Assembly: GCA_030704615.1 (NCBI GenBank)
Contig: CM060731.1
Span: 10,168,001 to 10,232,000, forward strand
DNA: 64,000 nt
Source: Takakia lepidozioides
Lineage: Eukaryota; Plantae; Bryophyta
Direction of reading: 5' to 3'
The translations under genes were made by a program, and so were the position numbers. Position 1 is the first letter of the stretch, and every line of letters begins with the position of its first letter. The notes below the pieces were generated by a model. It was given only the letters and a program-made list of their open reading frames with translations, searched no databases and was not told where the DNA came from. Positions 53,777 to 64,000 of this stretch are shown here, piece by piece.

Positions 53777-55404
53777 CACTATAAGATATGAGCGTTTTTA
53801 TGACTGCACATATGACTATTTTTTCAGTCCTACATGCGTTCATGACTACATCACTCTGTAGTGAAAAAAACCCTGTCATAGCGACTAGTCTTTAGGATTG
53901 CGTTTTGCAAGTCATAGCCGTGACTGCGTGCGTGGCACCTAGAGTCATGCATAAGAGAGTGATGTAGTCACAACTCTATGACTTACATATGACTAACTAT
54001 ATGACTACATTGTCTGCTGAGCGTTGCCTACATGGAGAGGCTTTAGAGGAACATGTGCACCACTGCGCAAGCGACACGTCACAACACCTGTTGCACTCCA
54101 GATGTGACATGTGGCACTTAGACAGAATATATGACTAGCATATATGACTACTTATCTTTACACGTGGTGAAAATATGGATAAAAGAATGTCGTGTCATAT
54201 AATGCCACGTATTCTAGTTCGAGCAGGGTTTATGCCACGTGTCATCAAGAATGTTCTTTGAAAATAACTTAATAGTTTATATTTATAATTTATAATTATT
54301 AAATTTATATTTTATTTTTAAAAACAGGGGGATAGCAGCTTGGAAATTTTTATTAAATGGTATTATTGTTTAATTTAATAATGTTATATAAAATAAAATA
54401 GATTAAATGATTTAAATTCTTCATTACATGGTGAAATTCCGATATAAAAACAGAATGGACCCCTCTTTGCATACTAGCAACCACAATGACAGTCAAAATA
54501 GACAAGTACAGGGGAATACACGCCCTGTAAATTATATTACAAAAATCCAAATGAGACCACTGTCCCAATGGATACCTCAAAGGCCACAAGGTCCAAAAAT
54601 CCATGCCTGAAAAGGCCCAGTAAGCAAAAAATAAGCAAGCCCACACACATGGGTTGTAGTACTAGTTTGTTCTGGTGCTACTAGAATCAAGGACCCTGTT
54701 AAACAGTGCAATACTTCTTGATACGGCCAATTCTGATAAGAGAGAAAAACAGGGTGAAATGTGTTGAAGAAGGTGCCTTGATTAACAGTGCCTGATTTGA
54801 TCAATTGCGCCGCTGTTGCTGCGGCTTCCAGTTGACCATCGACCCATGCAGGTTTCTTGTACCTATCCTTCCACAGTGAATCATAGGTAATCTGGAGCTT
54901 GAAATCCGGCCCTCTTGGATGAATCTGGACCCACACTCTATCCCTGCTCCTTCAGTTATCCATGCCCCTGCACAAATCATGCATACATCCTCGCCTTGCT
55001 ACTAGCAGCTGAGAATGATAGCCTAGAATTGCTTGAGCAAACACCCCAACCCTACTTATCACACTAGTTCCACCATTGACTGAGGTCGGAAATGTATTCA
55101 TTCCAGAGCTTTTCCTCGAGTCTCTGTTATTTATTTTTCGATACTTTCTTGTCGACCACATTGGCAGTAACATGTCAAAATCACTCCAAAACCACCATAG
55201 ATCCACCAACGAGCTAACTTGTAGAATTCAACATGAAAATTTAGGGACGACTCTGATAGCAGGGGAAAACAGGGTGAAATACATTGAAGAATGTACCTTC
55301 ATTAGCAGCACCTTATTCTATGAATTGTGTTGTTGCCGCTGCTGTTTCCAATTGACCATCTACCCACTTGTAGCCGCTGTGTTATTGAAGAACGAGCCCC
55401 CTTC

Positions 55405-55565
55405 CCCCATCATTTGCTCATAGGTCTCCAAAGCCTCCATCCCGCACCCCCTACCCTGCAAGCATCGCACTCCACGACACCACATCTCGTTTCAGCCATA
55501 GTGTTGAACACTCCCTTGGCATCCTCGATGCACCCACATTTGGCATACATGTCCACCAGGGCAGG
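55405..55565 (-). pseudogene. PLS-type PPR motif fragment within the CACTA
   Basis: ALVDMYAKCGCIEDAKGVFNTM / RDVVSWSAMLAG / MEALETYEQM with frameshifts. A weaker remnant (PARDVVSWN..MEALQT) lies at ~57260-57390. Confidence 0.85.
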
Positions 55566-55646
55566 GGCAGTGTTCAGAATCTAAACCGTGCACAAAGGTT
55601 GAGTATTGGAGGTTGGCAAAGTCTGAGTATAGGTAGGAACGGTACT

Positions 55647-55845
55647 GTGGGCTCTGCCAGTCTTTTCGCACAAGAAAACGTCACCAATTTGATGGTACGT
55701 ACAGGTTCTACCAGAGCACCAATGATCACCAGCATATACGTCAGTCATGCTTTGGCTGCACCGCCATGCTGTCACTTGGTGTGCAACCGATGTATCCACC
55801 ACCACAAGATCATCATGTACCTGAGAACCGAAAAAATCCACAAAA
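55647..55845 (-). pseudogene. Fragment resembling F-box protein SKIP31, within the CACTA
   Basis: QVTAWRCSQSMTDVYAGDHWCSGRTCTYHQIGDVFLCEKTGRAH resembles the DHxCSGxTCxYxxIGDVFxCEKTGxxH segment as recalled for plant SKIP31. Confidence 0.65.
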
Positions 55846-58258
55846 CCATCTAGGTCTTTAGCTCTGTGGACCAGCAGAGGCAGCCGAGATCAGAAGCATA
55901 AATGCCATGATCACAGCCCTAGACAACAAAACCAAGGGGACAAAATGCTTTGGAAGGAAAATTGCACCAGAGGGCCTCATCAGATGCAATGCTTCGTAGG
56001 AACCGGCACACACTTGAACATGTAGAAAGATCTTGCACAAAGATGCAATCCCAACCAAGTCACACAACCTCTAAAATATGAAAAGTTCATTATTTTTACA
56101 GCGGAAAGCCAGAGTTTCAGCACTACCCTGCATGTCAGCCCAAGACAACAGGGCCTCGGGTCGCAACATGACTGGTGATCAAAATCATGACAGACATTCA
56201 CCTTTTTGGCTCGGTTGTCCCACCATTGACTGGGGTCAAAAAAGTATTCATTCCACAACTTCTCCTCATCTCTGTTACCTCTTTTTGGATACTTTAATGT
56301 TGTCACATTGGCAGTATCATGTCAAAGTCATTCCAAACTATCCCATGTTCACTCAACCAGCTAACTTGCAGAATTCAACATGAAAATTTAGGGCCGATTC
56401 TGATAAAAGGGAAAAACAGGGTGAAATGTGTTGAAGAAGGTGTCGTCATTAGCAAACCATCTTCTCATTAGCAGATGTCTTGTAGCTGTTGATCCACAGG
56501 GAATCAGAAGTAATCTTGTGTTTGAAATCCGGCCTTCTTGGATGAATCTGGACCTCTATCCCTGGTCCTTCAGCTATCCCTGCCTGTGTACAAATCATGA
56601 ATACTTGATGTAAGCAGCTGACACTGACGGCGTGAAGTTCTTCCAGCAAACACCCCAACCCTAATTATTACAGTAGTTCCAATTCTGAATTGCATCTGCT
56701 TCTCTCTAGTATAGTCCAACAGGCATTCACCTTTTTGTCTCCATTGTCCCGCCATTGACTGGGGTCGGAAAAGTGTTCATTCCAAAGCTTCTCCTCATCT
56801 TTGTTACTTATTTTTGGATACTTTCCTGCTGCTACATCGGCAGCAACTTGTCAAAGTCACTCTAAACCACCACAGATCCGCCCAACAAGCTAACTTACAG
56901 GATTCAATATGCATCTCAGGGCCGAGTATGATGAGAGGGCAAAACAGGCTGAAATAGGTTGAAGAAGAAGGTGCCCTCACCACATTGTTCTTGACCTTGT
57001 GTCATGACCCATGGAGGATTTGACCGACCATCAACCCAAAAGGACCTCTTGTGTGTGTTGCTTGTGTCTGTAGTCAGGTGATGTCAGATTGAAATGTGAG
57101 ATTGAACCACCACGGTGCAGCTGAGCAGCAGATTGAAACACGGCCTGCTAAGACTAAGCTGACTCTCCCAAGAACGGCGAGCTTCTCCTCGTCTCATCTC
57201 TCTCCCAAAAACGGCGAGCTCGCAAGAATATTGGGAGCTTCTCCTCCTCGACGAGATGTCGGATGATGTCGGAGTTGTCCTCGTTTCCCCTCTCTTCTCC
57301 TTCATTTGCTCAAGAGTGGGTAGGTCTGCAAAGCCTCCATCCACGCTCCAGCATCATCAGTTCCATGACACAACATCTCTCGCAGGCGCAGGAAAAAAAA
57401 AAAAACCCCCAAGTCCCAGGCCTTTGTTCAGGGAACCCTATAAGCAACTTTTTGAAAAAAAATTAACTTTTTGCACTTTGATTAATTCTAGTGGTCATAG
57501 GCTAAAATCCTACTACCATCATCATCCCCTTCTATTGTTGCATCTGCCAAAACTCTCAGCCCGGACTTAAGCGAATTTGCTCATGAAGTTCGATATACCT
57601 AATCTTAAACCGTTAGATCTTATACAATCTATCGATTCAAAATAATTTCCATGTACAACCATGACCATTGCGTATCTTAATCTCATATATCTTGCGATGC
57701 TTGTTAAGCCACGTCCATCCAGGTCCAATTTATTGAACAGATATCAAATCCCCACACATATTCAAAGCTGATAGGAATTTGTGGTAAACATGGATGGATC
57801 CATTCATGTATATGCCTTCAAAATGATACGTGTAGTGATGTAGTCATATATATAGGGTTATGAAACAACCTGCACTTAGGCAGTCATAAGTTTACAGGCC
57901 ATGTCATGGTGTGGATGAACTCATCCAATGGATGAATACATTCGTGTATGTGGCTTCAAAATGACACGTGTAGTGATGTAGTCATATAATTAGAGCTGTG
58001 AAACCATCTTTAGTCATGGAGTCATAAGATTCCATGAAACGTCGTCCACGTGTAGTCAAACATATCACACTAGTCATCGTGGTCAACAATGTTTGACCAA
58101 TGCTCCCTAACTTTCCAGAGTCATGTAGTGATATCCATTTCTACAGAGTGATAAAGCTATGATTGTAACGCATTTCAATGGTTTGTAGTCGTATACCTAG
58201 TGCAGTTTTTATGACTCCGCCAAAGCCATAGTCCTAAAAACGCTCATCTCTTGTAGTG

Positions 58259-59983
58259 TGTCTATACCGATCACAAAAACCTCGAATATTTTATGAGTGC
58301 TCGTGTTTTGAATCGACGTCAAGCGAGATGGAGTATGTCACTAGCAAGGTTTGATTTTGTTATTACCTACCGTCCCGGACATCTCAAGGAAAACCAGATG
58401 CTCTTTCTCGACGATCGTATCTTGCGCCAAAAGAAGGGGATTCAGTTTTTGACCAACAAAAATCCATTATCTTGAAACCAGCAAAATCTCCAATTGAATA
58501 TGCTATCCATGTCCACCTATGACGATGCAGAGATCATAAAGGAAATTCAAGAAGTACTGAAGAGCGACCATTTTGCTACGACACTACGAAGTCAACTAAA
58601 TCAACCTCGAGACAACCCACATGTTACAAACGACTTCGAATCAAAGATGGCTTACTTTACTTCAAGGGACTTCTCTATGTACCTCCAGGATCTACACGAC
58701 TTCGAATTCTTCAAACATGTCATGATCTTTCCTTGCAGGATATTTCGGCTTCAACAAAACATTGGAGTTGATATCCAGGGACTATTGGTGGCCGCAAATG
58801 TGGAAACTCGTGAAAGAATTCATATAATCTTGTGACACGTGTGCTAGAGCGAAGGGACCACGACATCGACCTTACGGCTTTCTTCAACCATTACCCATTC
58901 CCGAGGGTCCATGGTCGTCCGTGTCTATGGACTTTATTACGAACCTTCCAATTTCCAAGACCACCGATTCAATCATTGGTATTGTAGATCGTTTTACGAA
59001 GATGACACATTTCATTCCATGTAATAAGACGGTTACCGGCGAGGAAACTGCAAGACTCTTCCTCAATAATATCTACCGCATTCATGGACTCCCAAAGGAC
59101 ATCGTATCTAATCGAGGACCATAGTTCATATCAAATTTCTGGAGGGGATTATTTCACATATTGGATACTCAGATCAACCTCTCTACAGCTAATCATCCAC
59201 AGACTGATGGTCAAACCGAACGTGTAAACCAGATTTTGGAGCAGTATCTTCGCTGTACGATAAATTATCACCAAGATAATTGGACGGACATTCTGTCATT
59301 GGCTGAGTTTGCCTACAACAACACTATACATTCTTTGACCAAGCAAATCCATTTTTCTCCAATTATGGTCATCATCCTCGAGCAAACCCTTTCCACATGA
59401 AGACTGTTGGAAGCCCTGCTGCAGAAAACCTTGCTACTCATCTAGCTACGGTTCACAAGGAGCTTACATCCCACCTCACAGAAGCTCAAAAACAATACAA
59501 GGAGTATGCAGATCAACGTCGCCAACTCCAACCCCAGTTCAAGGTCGGAGATCGTGTGTGGCTTCTTCGACGAGACATACAAACCTCGCGACCATCAAAG
59601 AAGTTGGATTATCAACGCCTGGGACCATTTAAAATTATTCGACAAATAAATCCGGTCAGTTTTCGGCTTGAACTCCCACGAAGTATGCGTATCCATCCAG
59701 TCTTTCATATTTCATTATTGGAGTTGTATCATCCATCGAATATTCTAGGGAGAGTCTCCGTACCACCTCCACCAATCGAAGTCAATCAAAAACTTGAGTA
59801 TGAAGTCGACGAAGTCCTAGACTCTCGCATCAAGTATAAACGTCTTGAGTATTTCGTACATTGGAAATGCTACAACATCAGCGAACGAACGTGAAAACCT
59901 TCATCCAACCTCGCCAATGCATCTGACAAAGTCCAAGAGTTTCATCAACGATATCCAGCTGAGCCCCAAGCTACACGTCAATA
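58259..59983 (+). pseudogene. pol: Pol 3' part: RNase H end, integrase, chromodomain (disrupted)
   Basis: [45 protein letters not shown] module (LGPFKI..IHPVFHISLL), EYEVDEVLDSR..LEYFVHWK. Frameshifts and stops. Confidence 0.95.
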
Positions 59984-60143
59984 AGACGTCACAACGATGA
60001 TGTCAGCCAAGTTAGCTTCAAGGTGAAGACTCCACATTCAATGTACCTAATACACGCTAAGGAGGGAGGAGCACCACACATCAGTATATATAGCCACACA
60101 TCAGTATATATAGCTACACTTCCAGCACTCTTGTATTGGCAGC

Positions 60144-60545
60144 ATGGAGTCACAGGAACCAGATACATTGGAGTTGTCGCTTACCCAGCTACCAAATCAG
60201 CCATTCTGACTCTCACGACCTTCAACATCACGCCGACGCTTTCGAGACGATGGGCCACCAATGCAACGCGTACTTCCTTGTCTAAACCCCGTACGACGGC
60301 AAGTGGAGCCTACTCGGAGTCTGATAATTCTGTTGGAGGTTGAGGCGTCGGACCCAGAGGGCAACGAAATCATGTTTGAAGGCAGCTTCGAAAATCAGAA
60401 TGCTCAAATCACTGCGTGGTCCCAAGTTCAAGGTGTTGGACACTATCGATGGTTGCAGGGACCTATAAATCATTTGAGTCAAGAACGAAGAGCCGAATAC
60501 TTGGCAAGTACCATTCGCCGGATTTTGGATTTTCTCCAACTCTAA
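60144..60545 (+). pseudogene. Accessory ORF (~133 codons, one internal TGA) between pol and the PPT
   Basis: ATG 60144 is in frame with ORF 60261-60545; single TGA at 60207; preceded by a duplicated CACACATCAGTATATATAGC. Confidence 0.55.
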
Positions 60546-60600
60546 GAAAGTCCAAGATTTTACCGCTCCTCGAGGAACTCAACGCTAGAGGAGGGGGTGA

Positions 60601-61308
60601 TGTCACAGACATAGCCCAGAAGAACTTACCAGGAGTAAATACCAGAAGTTACCAAGTTACCATGTTACCGAAAGTTATCATGACTTACCGTGATTTACCA
60701 TGATCTACCATGATTTACCATTACTTACCAAATTACCATGTTACCGAAAGTTATCATGACTTACCGTGATTTACCATGATCTACCATGATTTACCATTAC
60801 TTATCAAGTTACCGGGAGTTTACCAAATTACCAAGAGTAACTTGGGAAACTACTCAGGAAGCTTCCTTAGGATGAAACTTCTCCATCAAGATACCTCATT
60901 TGTTTAAGAAAGCTTCTCCATCAAGAAACCTTTGTTTAATCTTGGAAACTTCTCCAGCAAGAAACCTCCATAGGGGAAGCTTCTTGGGGAAGCTTCTTAG
61001 TAGCCAGTATATATAGGAGACGAGACTGGACATTCTTCAGTCTCGCCAACACCAATTCAAGCTACTCTTGTTTCCAGTTCCCAGTACTCTAGCCCAGGTT
61101 CCAGTATCTGGTACTCCAGTCCAGTTTCTAGCATTCCAGTATTCAAGTCGTGTTCCAATATCTTGTACTCTTGTTCATTGTTATAAAGATCGTCTTGATT
61201 CCTATTTACTCATCGTGCATTCGGCCACGCCGACCTTGACTTCTTGTCTAGCATTGTACCTCTAGTTTTATCCCTTGTTTGTGTTCAGTCATGTTTTCGT
61301 CCTTGACA
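60601..61308 (+). repeat. 3' LTR of the chromovirus (708 bp)
   Basis: Direct repeat of the 5' LTR, with a tandem duplication (~60661-60810) and an extra block (~60837-60910). Confidence 0.95.
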
Positions 61309-62178
61309 CCGGCGGTGCAAGTTGTTTCCTTGCCATTGTTGTGGGACACAATGGAGGAGATGTATGGAGCTACCAAGGGGCCACAAAGGTATTCTGGGGC
61401 GGTGTGTCGCGGCCCTTTGCCTTGAGGGCAGGGGGTCGGGACACATGAGGGGCTGCCCCTGTGGTGGGGGCAGCGGCGGCGATAGGTATGGGGGGCTGAA
61501 GCACCCTTGAGTGCCCAAGGCACTCAAGGAGGCGGAGGCGCTCACTAGGTGGAGCCCCGCACACCGGGTTGCGGTGGAGGTGGCTCCACAAGGGTGGTGG
61601 TAGCTTAGTGGGACTTAGGGGGTGGCATAGGACTCACCATGGGGTGGAGACCTCGAGGTGGGAGTCGTGGGGAGTCTTGGGACTCATCACGGTCCATTGG
61701 GGCCGCGGTGAGTGGGCCAAGACTCACCGCGACTCACCACCGGGAGTCGAGGGTTTTCGTGGTGGTTCGCCATAAAATGGCATGGCTGGTTATGAAAACC
61801 CCGCGGACAGCTACAGAAGTATATATAGGGAGTAGTAACCCCGAGAACGGTGCAAGCCCGTTGGTGACCAAAAACTAGTGAGTAAGCGAGCGAGCCGGAA
61901 AGACCAAAGAGTGGGGAGCTGTTCCGGACTGCCATCTACCAAAGGGAATTCTCCTAGTCCCAAATAGGTGGAGGGTTTAGAGGGAAGCGGAAGGGGACCG
62001 TTATGTCCCGGTGAGCAGCCGAAACTCCAAGTTGGCCCGGCGGCCAGGTTGGGAGTCAGGCGCGCGCATCAAAGCGAGTAACTATGACTTGAAGGGGAGT
62101 TTACCGAAGTGAGGTGTGCGACACTTGGTATCAGAGCTTAGAGTTCAGTACGCGATCGTCCTTGGGATTGGCCTCATC

Positions 62179-63255
62179 ATGGGGTCGGGCAAGCCGAAGC
62201 GAAAGCGGAACGGCCCAAAAGATGATGATCCCGGTGAGCCCGATGGGGGCGACGTGTCACCGAGGCGGCCGTTTGAGGAAGCGATATGTTTCCGAAAACG
62301 AGGCCGCTCAGAGCGGGAGGAATCCGAGGAGTCGGAGCCCGAGGAATCTTTGAGAGCTCCGACAAACCAAGAGATGCCTCCCATGCCGGCAGCCTTTTGG
62401 GAAGGGTTGTTGGCGCAGTTTGGCGGGACGTTGAAAGACGTGTTGAAGGCGGCTAATGCCACTTCCACCAAGGCAAAGTTTAAGGTGAAGCCTAAGGAAC
62501 CCGGCACCTTCGAGGGCGTTCGAAACCGGAAGGCACTCAACACCTGGCTCCTGGAGCTAGAGCAGTACTTCCGGGCGGCCAAGTTGAGTGACGAGGATCG
62601 GGTGGAAGTGGCTCCCACCTATTTGAGGGGCTATGCTCAACAATGGTGGCAGAAACGCCTTCACGACCGAGGCCCAAGCCCGGAAACCTTGAACTGGAGT
62701 GAGTTCAAGGAATTGATGAAGAGACAGTTTGTGCCCCTCAACGCATCCTGGCTTGCCCGGGACAAGATGAGGAATTTGAAGCAAACAGATGACATTCGGG
62801 GGTATGTCCAGGCTTTCAATGTGCTGTTGCTCGAAGTCGCGGACATGGCAGAACCAGAAATGGTCTTCAACTTTGTGGCGGGACTGGCCCCATGGGCTAG
62901 GCGGAAGTTGGAGGAGAAGCCACCCAAGACTTTGAACGAGGCAATTGAGAGAGCTGAATGTTTCTCGGATGTCCCTAGGGGTGAGAGACAAGGCCGTACG
63001 GAGCTGAACCACAAGAAGACCCGGCGGGAAGGTGACTCCTCCCGACCGGAAAAGAAGTGGGATAGGCCACGCGGCGAAAATGGCACGTGGAAATCGAAGG
63101 GAGGGCCTTCACACGTCAAGGCGGCACCCGGTGCTTCGAAAGGAAAAGGGTGTGGAGCGACTTATGGCGGACAGAAGGCGACCTTTGATGGAGTGTGTTT
63201 CAATTGCGGGGAGCCCGGGCACATGGCCAAGAAGTGCACGAAGCCCGGCAATTGA
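62179..63255 (+). CDS. gag: Gag (intact ORF, CCHC knuckle)
   Basis: KEPGTFEGVR..LNTWL..YLRGYAQQWW..LKQTDDIRGYV..CFNCGEPGHMAKKC. Confidence 0.92.
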   Translation: MGSGKPKRKRNGPKDDDPGEPDGGDVSPRRPFEEAICFRKRGRSEREESEESEPEESLRAPTNQEMPPMPAAFWEGLLAQFGGTLKDVLKAANATSTKAKFKVKPKEPGTFEGVRNRKALNTWLLELEQYFRAAKLSDEDRVEVAPTYLRGYAQQWWQKRLHDRGPSPETLNWSEFKELMKRQFVPLNASWLARDKMRNLKQTDDIRGYVQAFNVLLLEVADMAEPEMVFNFVAGLAPWARRKLEEKPPKTLNEAIERAECFSDVPRGERQGRTELNHKKTRREGDSSRPEKKWDRPRGENGTWKSKGGPSHVKAAPGASKGKGCGATYGGQKATFDGVCFNCGEPGHMAKKCTKPGN

Positions 63256-63257
63256 AC

Positions 63258-64000
63258 ATGACTCGGGCGACCACGGAGCTGTCGGAAGATACCATCAGTC
63301 GCTTGGTGGAAGCGGTGGTCGCCAGGACTTGCAAGGTAGGCAAATTTTCTTGTGAGTTGTATCAGGAAACTGGCGCCTTACGAAAAGGGAGTCAGTTATT
63401 GTTCGTGGATGGGATAATATCCGGAACTAATGTGTCGTTGTTGGTGGACACAGGAGCGTCGCACTCCTTCATGACGCCGGCGGCGGCGCGAAAGTTGGGA
63501 CTCCCGACAAGTGACGTGGGGGCCCTATTGAGGTGCGCTCTGCCAAAGGAGAACCTCAGTTGGCGACAAGGTTGGCGTTTGATGTTCCTCTTCAACTGGG
63601 GAGTTGGGAGGGACGTGAGAACTTCACTATCTGCGAGATCGATGGAGTGGATCTCATTTTTGGGATGACCTTTTTGAGCAAATCCGGAGCGGTCATAGAT
63701 GGCCGCAAGAGAGTAGTCACGCTGCCATGTGGGAATGGTGGCGAGGTTTTACGAGTGTCGGAAACGCCCAAATCCGTGGGAGGGCGAATAAACCTTCTAT
63801 CAGCAAAGGAGTGGGCCGTGGAGGAGACACACGAGTCCCAGTTTTTGCTTTACATTAGAGAAGTGAAAGGAGAAGGCGATGGGGAGCCGAGCCCAGATTG
63901 GATCAAGGGGATTTTGGAGAAATACCAGGATGTGATGCCGGAGGATTTACCAAGCGGCTTGCCGCGAAGAGAGTTGACCACAAAATTGAGGTGATACCGG
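63258..64000 (+). pseudogene. pol: Pol start: aspartic protease with a frameshift near 63535, leading towards RT
   Basis: LLVDTGASHSFM in one frame; DLIFGMTFL..ILEKYQDVMPEDLPSGLP in another. Confidence 0.88.

Larger units (their letters stand above)
54790..57090 (-). pseudogene. Duplicated exon pairs encoding OSB-type PDF motifs (organellar ssDNA-binding), within the CACTA
   Basis: EEKLWNEYFFDPSQWWDNRAKK|gt (~56300-56200; copies ~56830-56730 and ~55160-55070) and IHPRxPDFKHKITSDSLW..PAWVDGQL (~56555-56470, ~54930-54800; degenerate ~57085-57000). Introns are duplicated too. Confidence 0.82.
53777..58258. mobile_element. Non-autonomous CACTA element carrying host gene fragments (Pack-CACTA), 4482 bp
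   Basis: TIRs CACTATAAGATATGAGCGTTTT / AAAACGCTCATCTCTTGTAGTG, 3-bp TSD TGT (53774-53776 / 58259-58261), ATGACTAC/GTAGTCAT subterminal repeats. Removing it restores RNase [11 protein letters not shown]. No transposase seen. Confidence 0.96.
50531..61308 (+). mobile_element. Full-length decayed Ty3/Gypsy chromovirus (Tf1/Tcn1-like) with a nested CACTA
   Basis: LTRs 50531-51107 and 60601-61308 (TGTCA..TGACA), TSD CCGGC (50526-50530 / 61309-61313), PPT AGAGGAGGGGGTGA 60587-60600, order gag-PR-RT-RH-IN-chromodomain. Confidence 0.97.
61340..64000 (+). mobile_element. Second Ty3/Gypsy element, 5' part; runs off the window
   Basis: LTR 61340-62123 (TGTGGGACAC..GTGTGCGACA), PBS TGGTATCAGAGC 62126-62137 (tRNA-iMet), gag and protease follow. 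Confidence 0.92.

Overview
Eukaryotic, intron-containing land-plant DNA. A non-seed plant is likely, inferred from the Tf1/Tcn1-type chromovirus and compact gene spacing. Positions ~1-43.5 kb are gene-rich: an EH/Pan1-type endocytic adaptor (partial), ELF1, an uncharacterised AsmA-like candidate, an ACBP4-type Kelch protein, a 2OG-Fe(II) dioxygenase, a GT61 glycosyltransferase, USB1 and a single-exon Zn-ribbon-type protein. At 13-16 kb is a patch of decayed genes (divergent Dof-like finger with a fold-back, HOTHEAD-type GMC oxidoreductase, trypsin-like pseudo-protease), followed by a solo LTR and LINE tails. Positions ~47.3-64 kb are a nested transposon stack. A probable long-LTR element on the minus strand is interrupted by a complete, decayed Ty3/Gypsy chromovirus (TSD CCGGC). 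That chromovirus has a self-priming PBS, a -1 frameshift signal, HSE-like LTR motifs and an extra TATA-preceded ORF. It is itself interrupted by a non-autonomous CACTA carrying PPR, OSB-type PDF-motif and SKIP31-like gene fragments. A second, tRNA-iMet-primed Gypsy is inserted about 30 bp further on. All family assignments come from motif recognition by eye, with no database searches.
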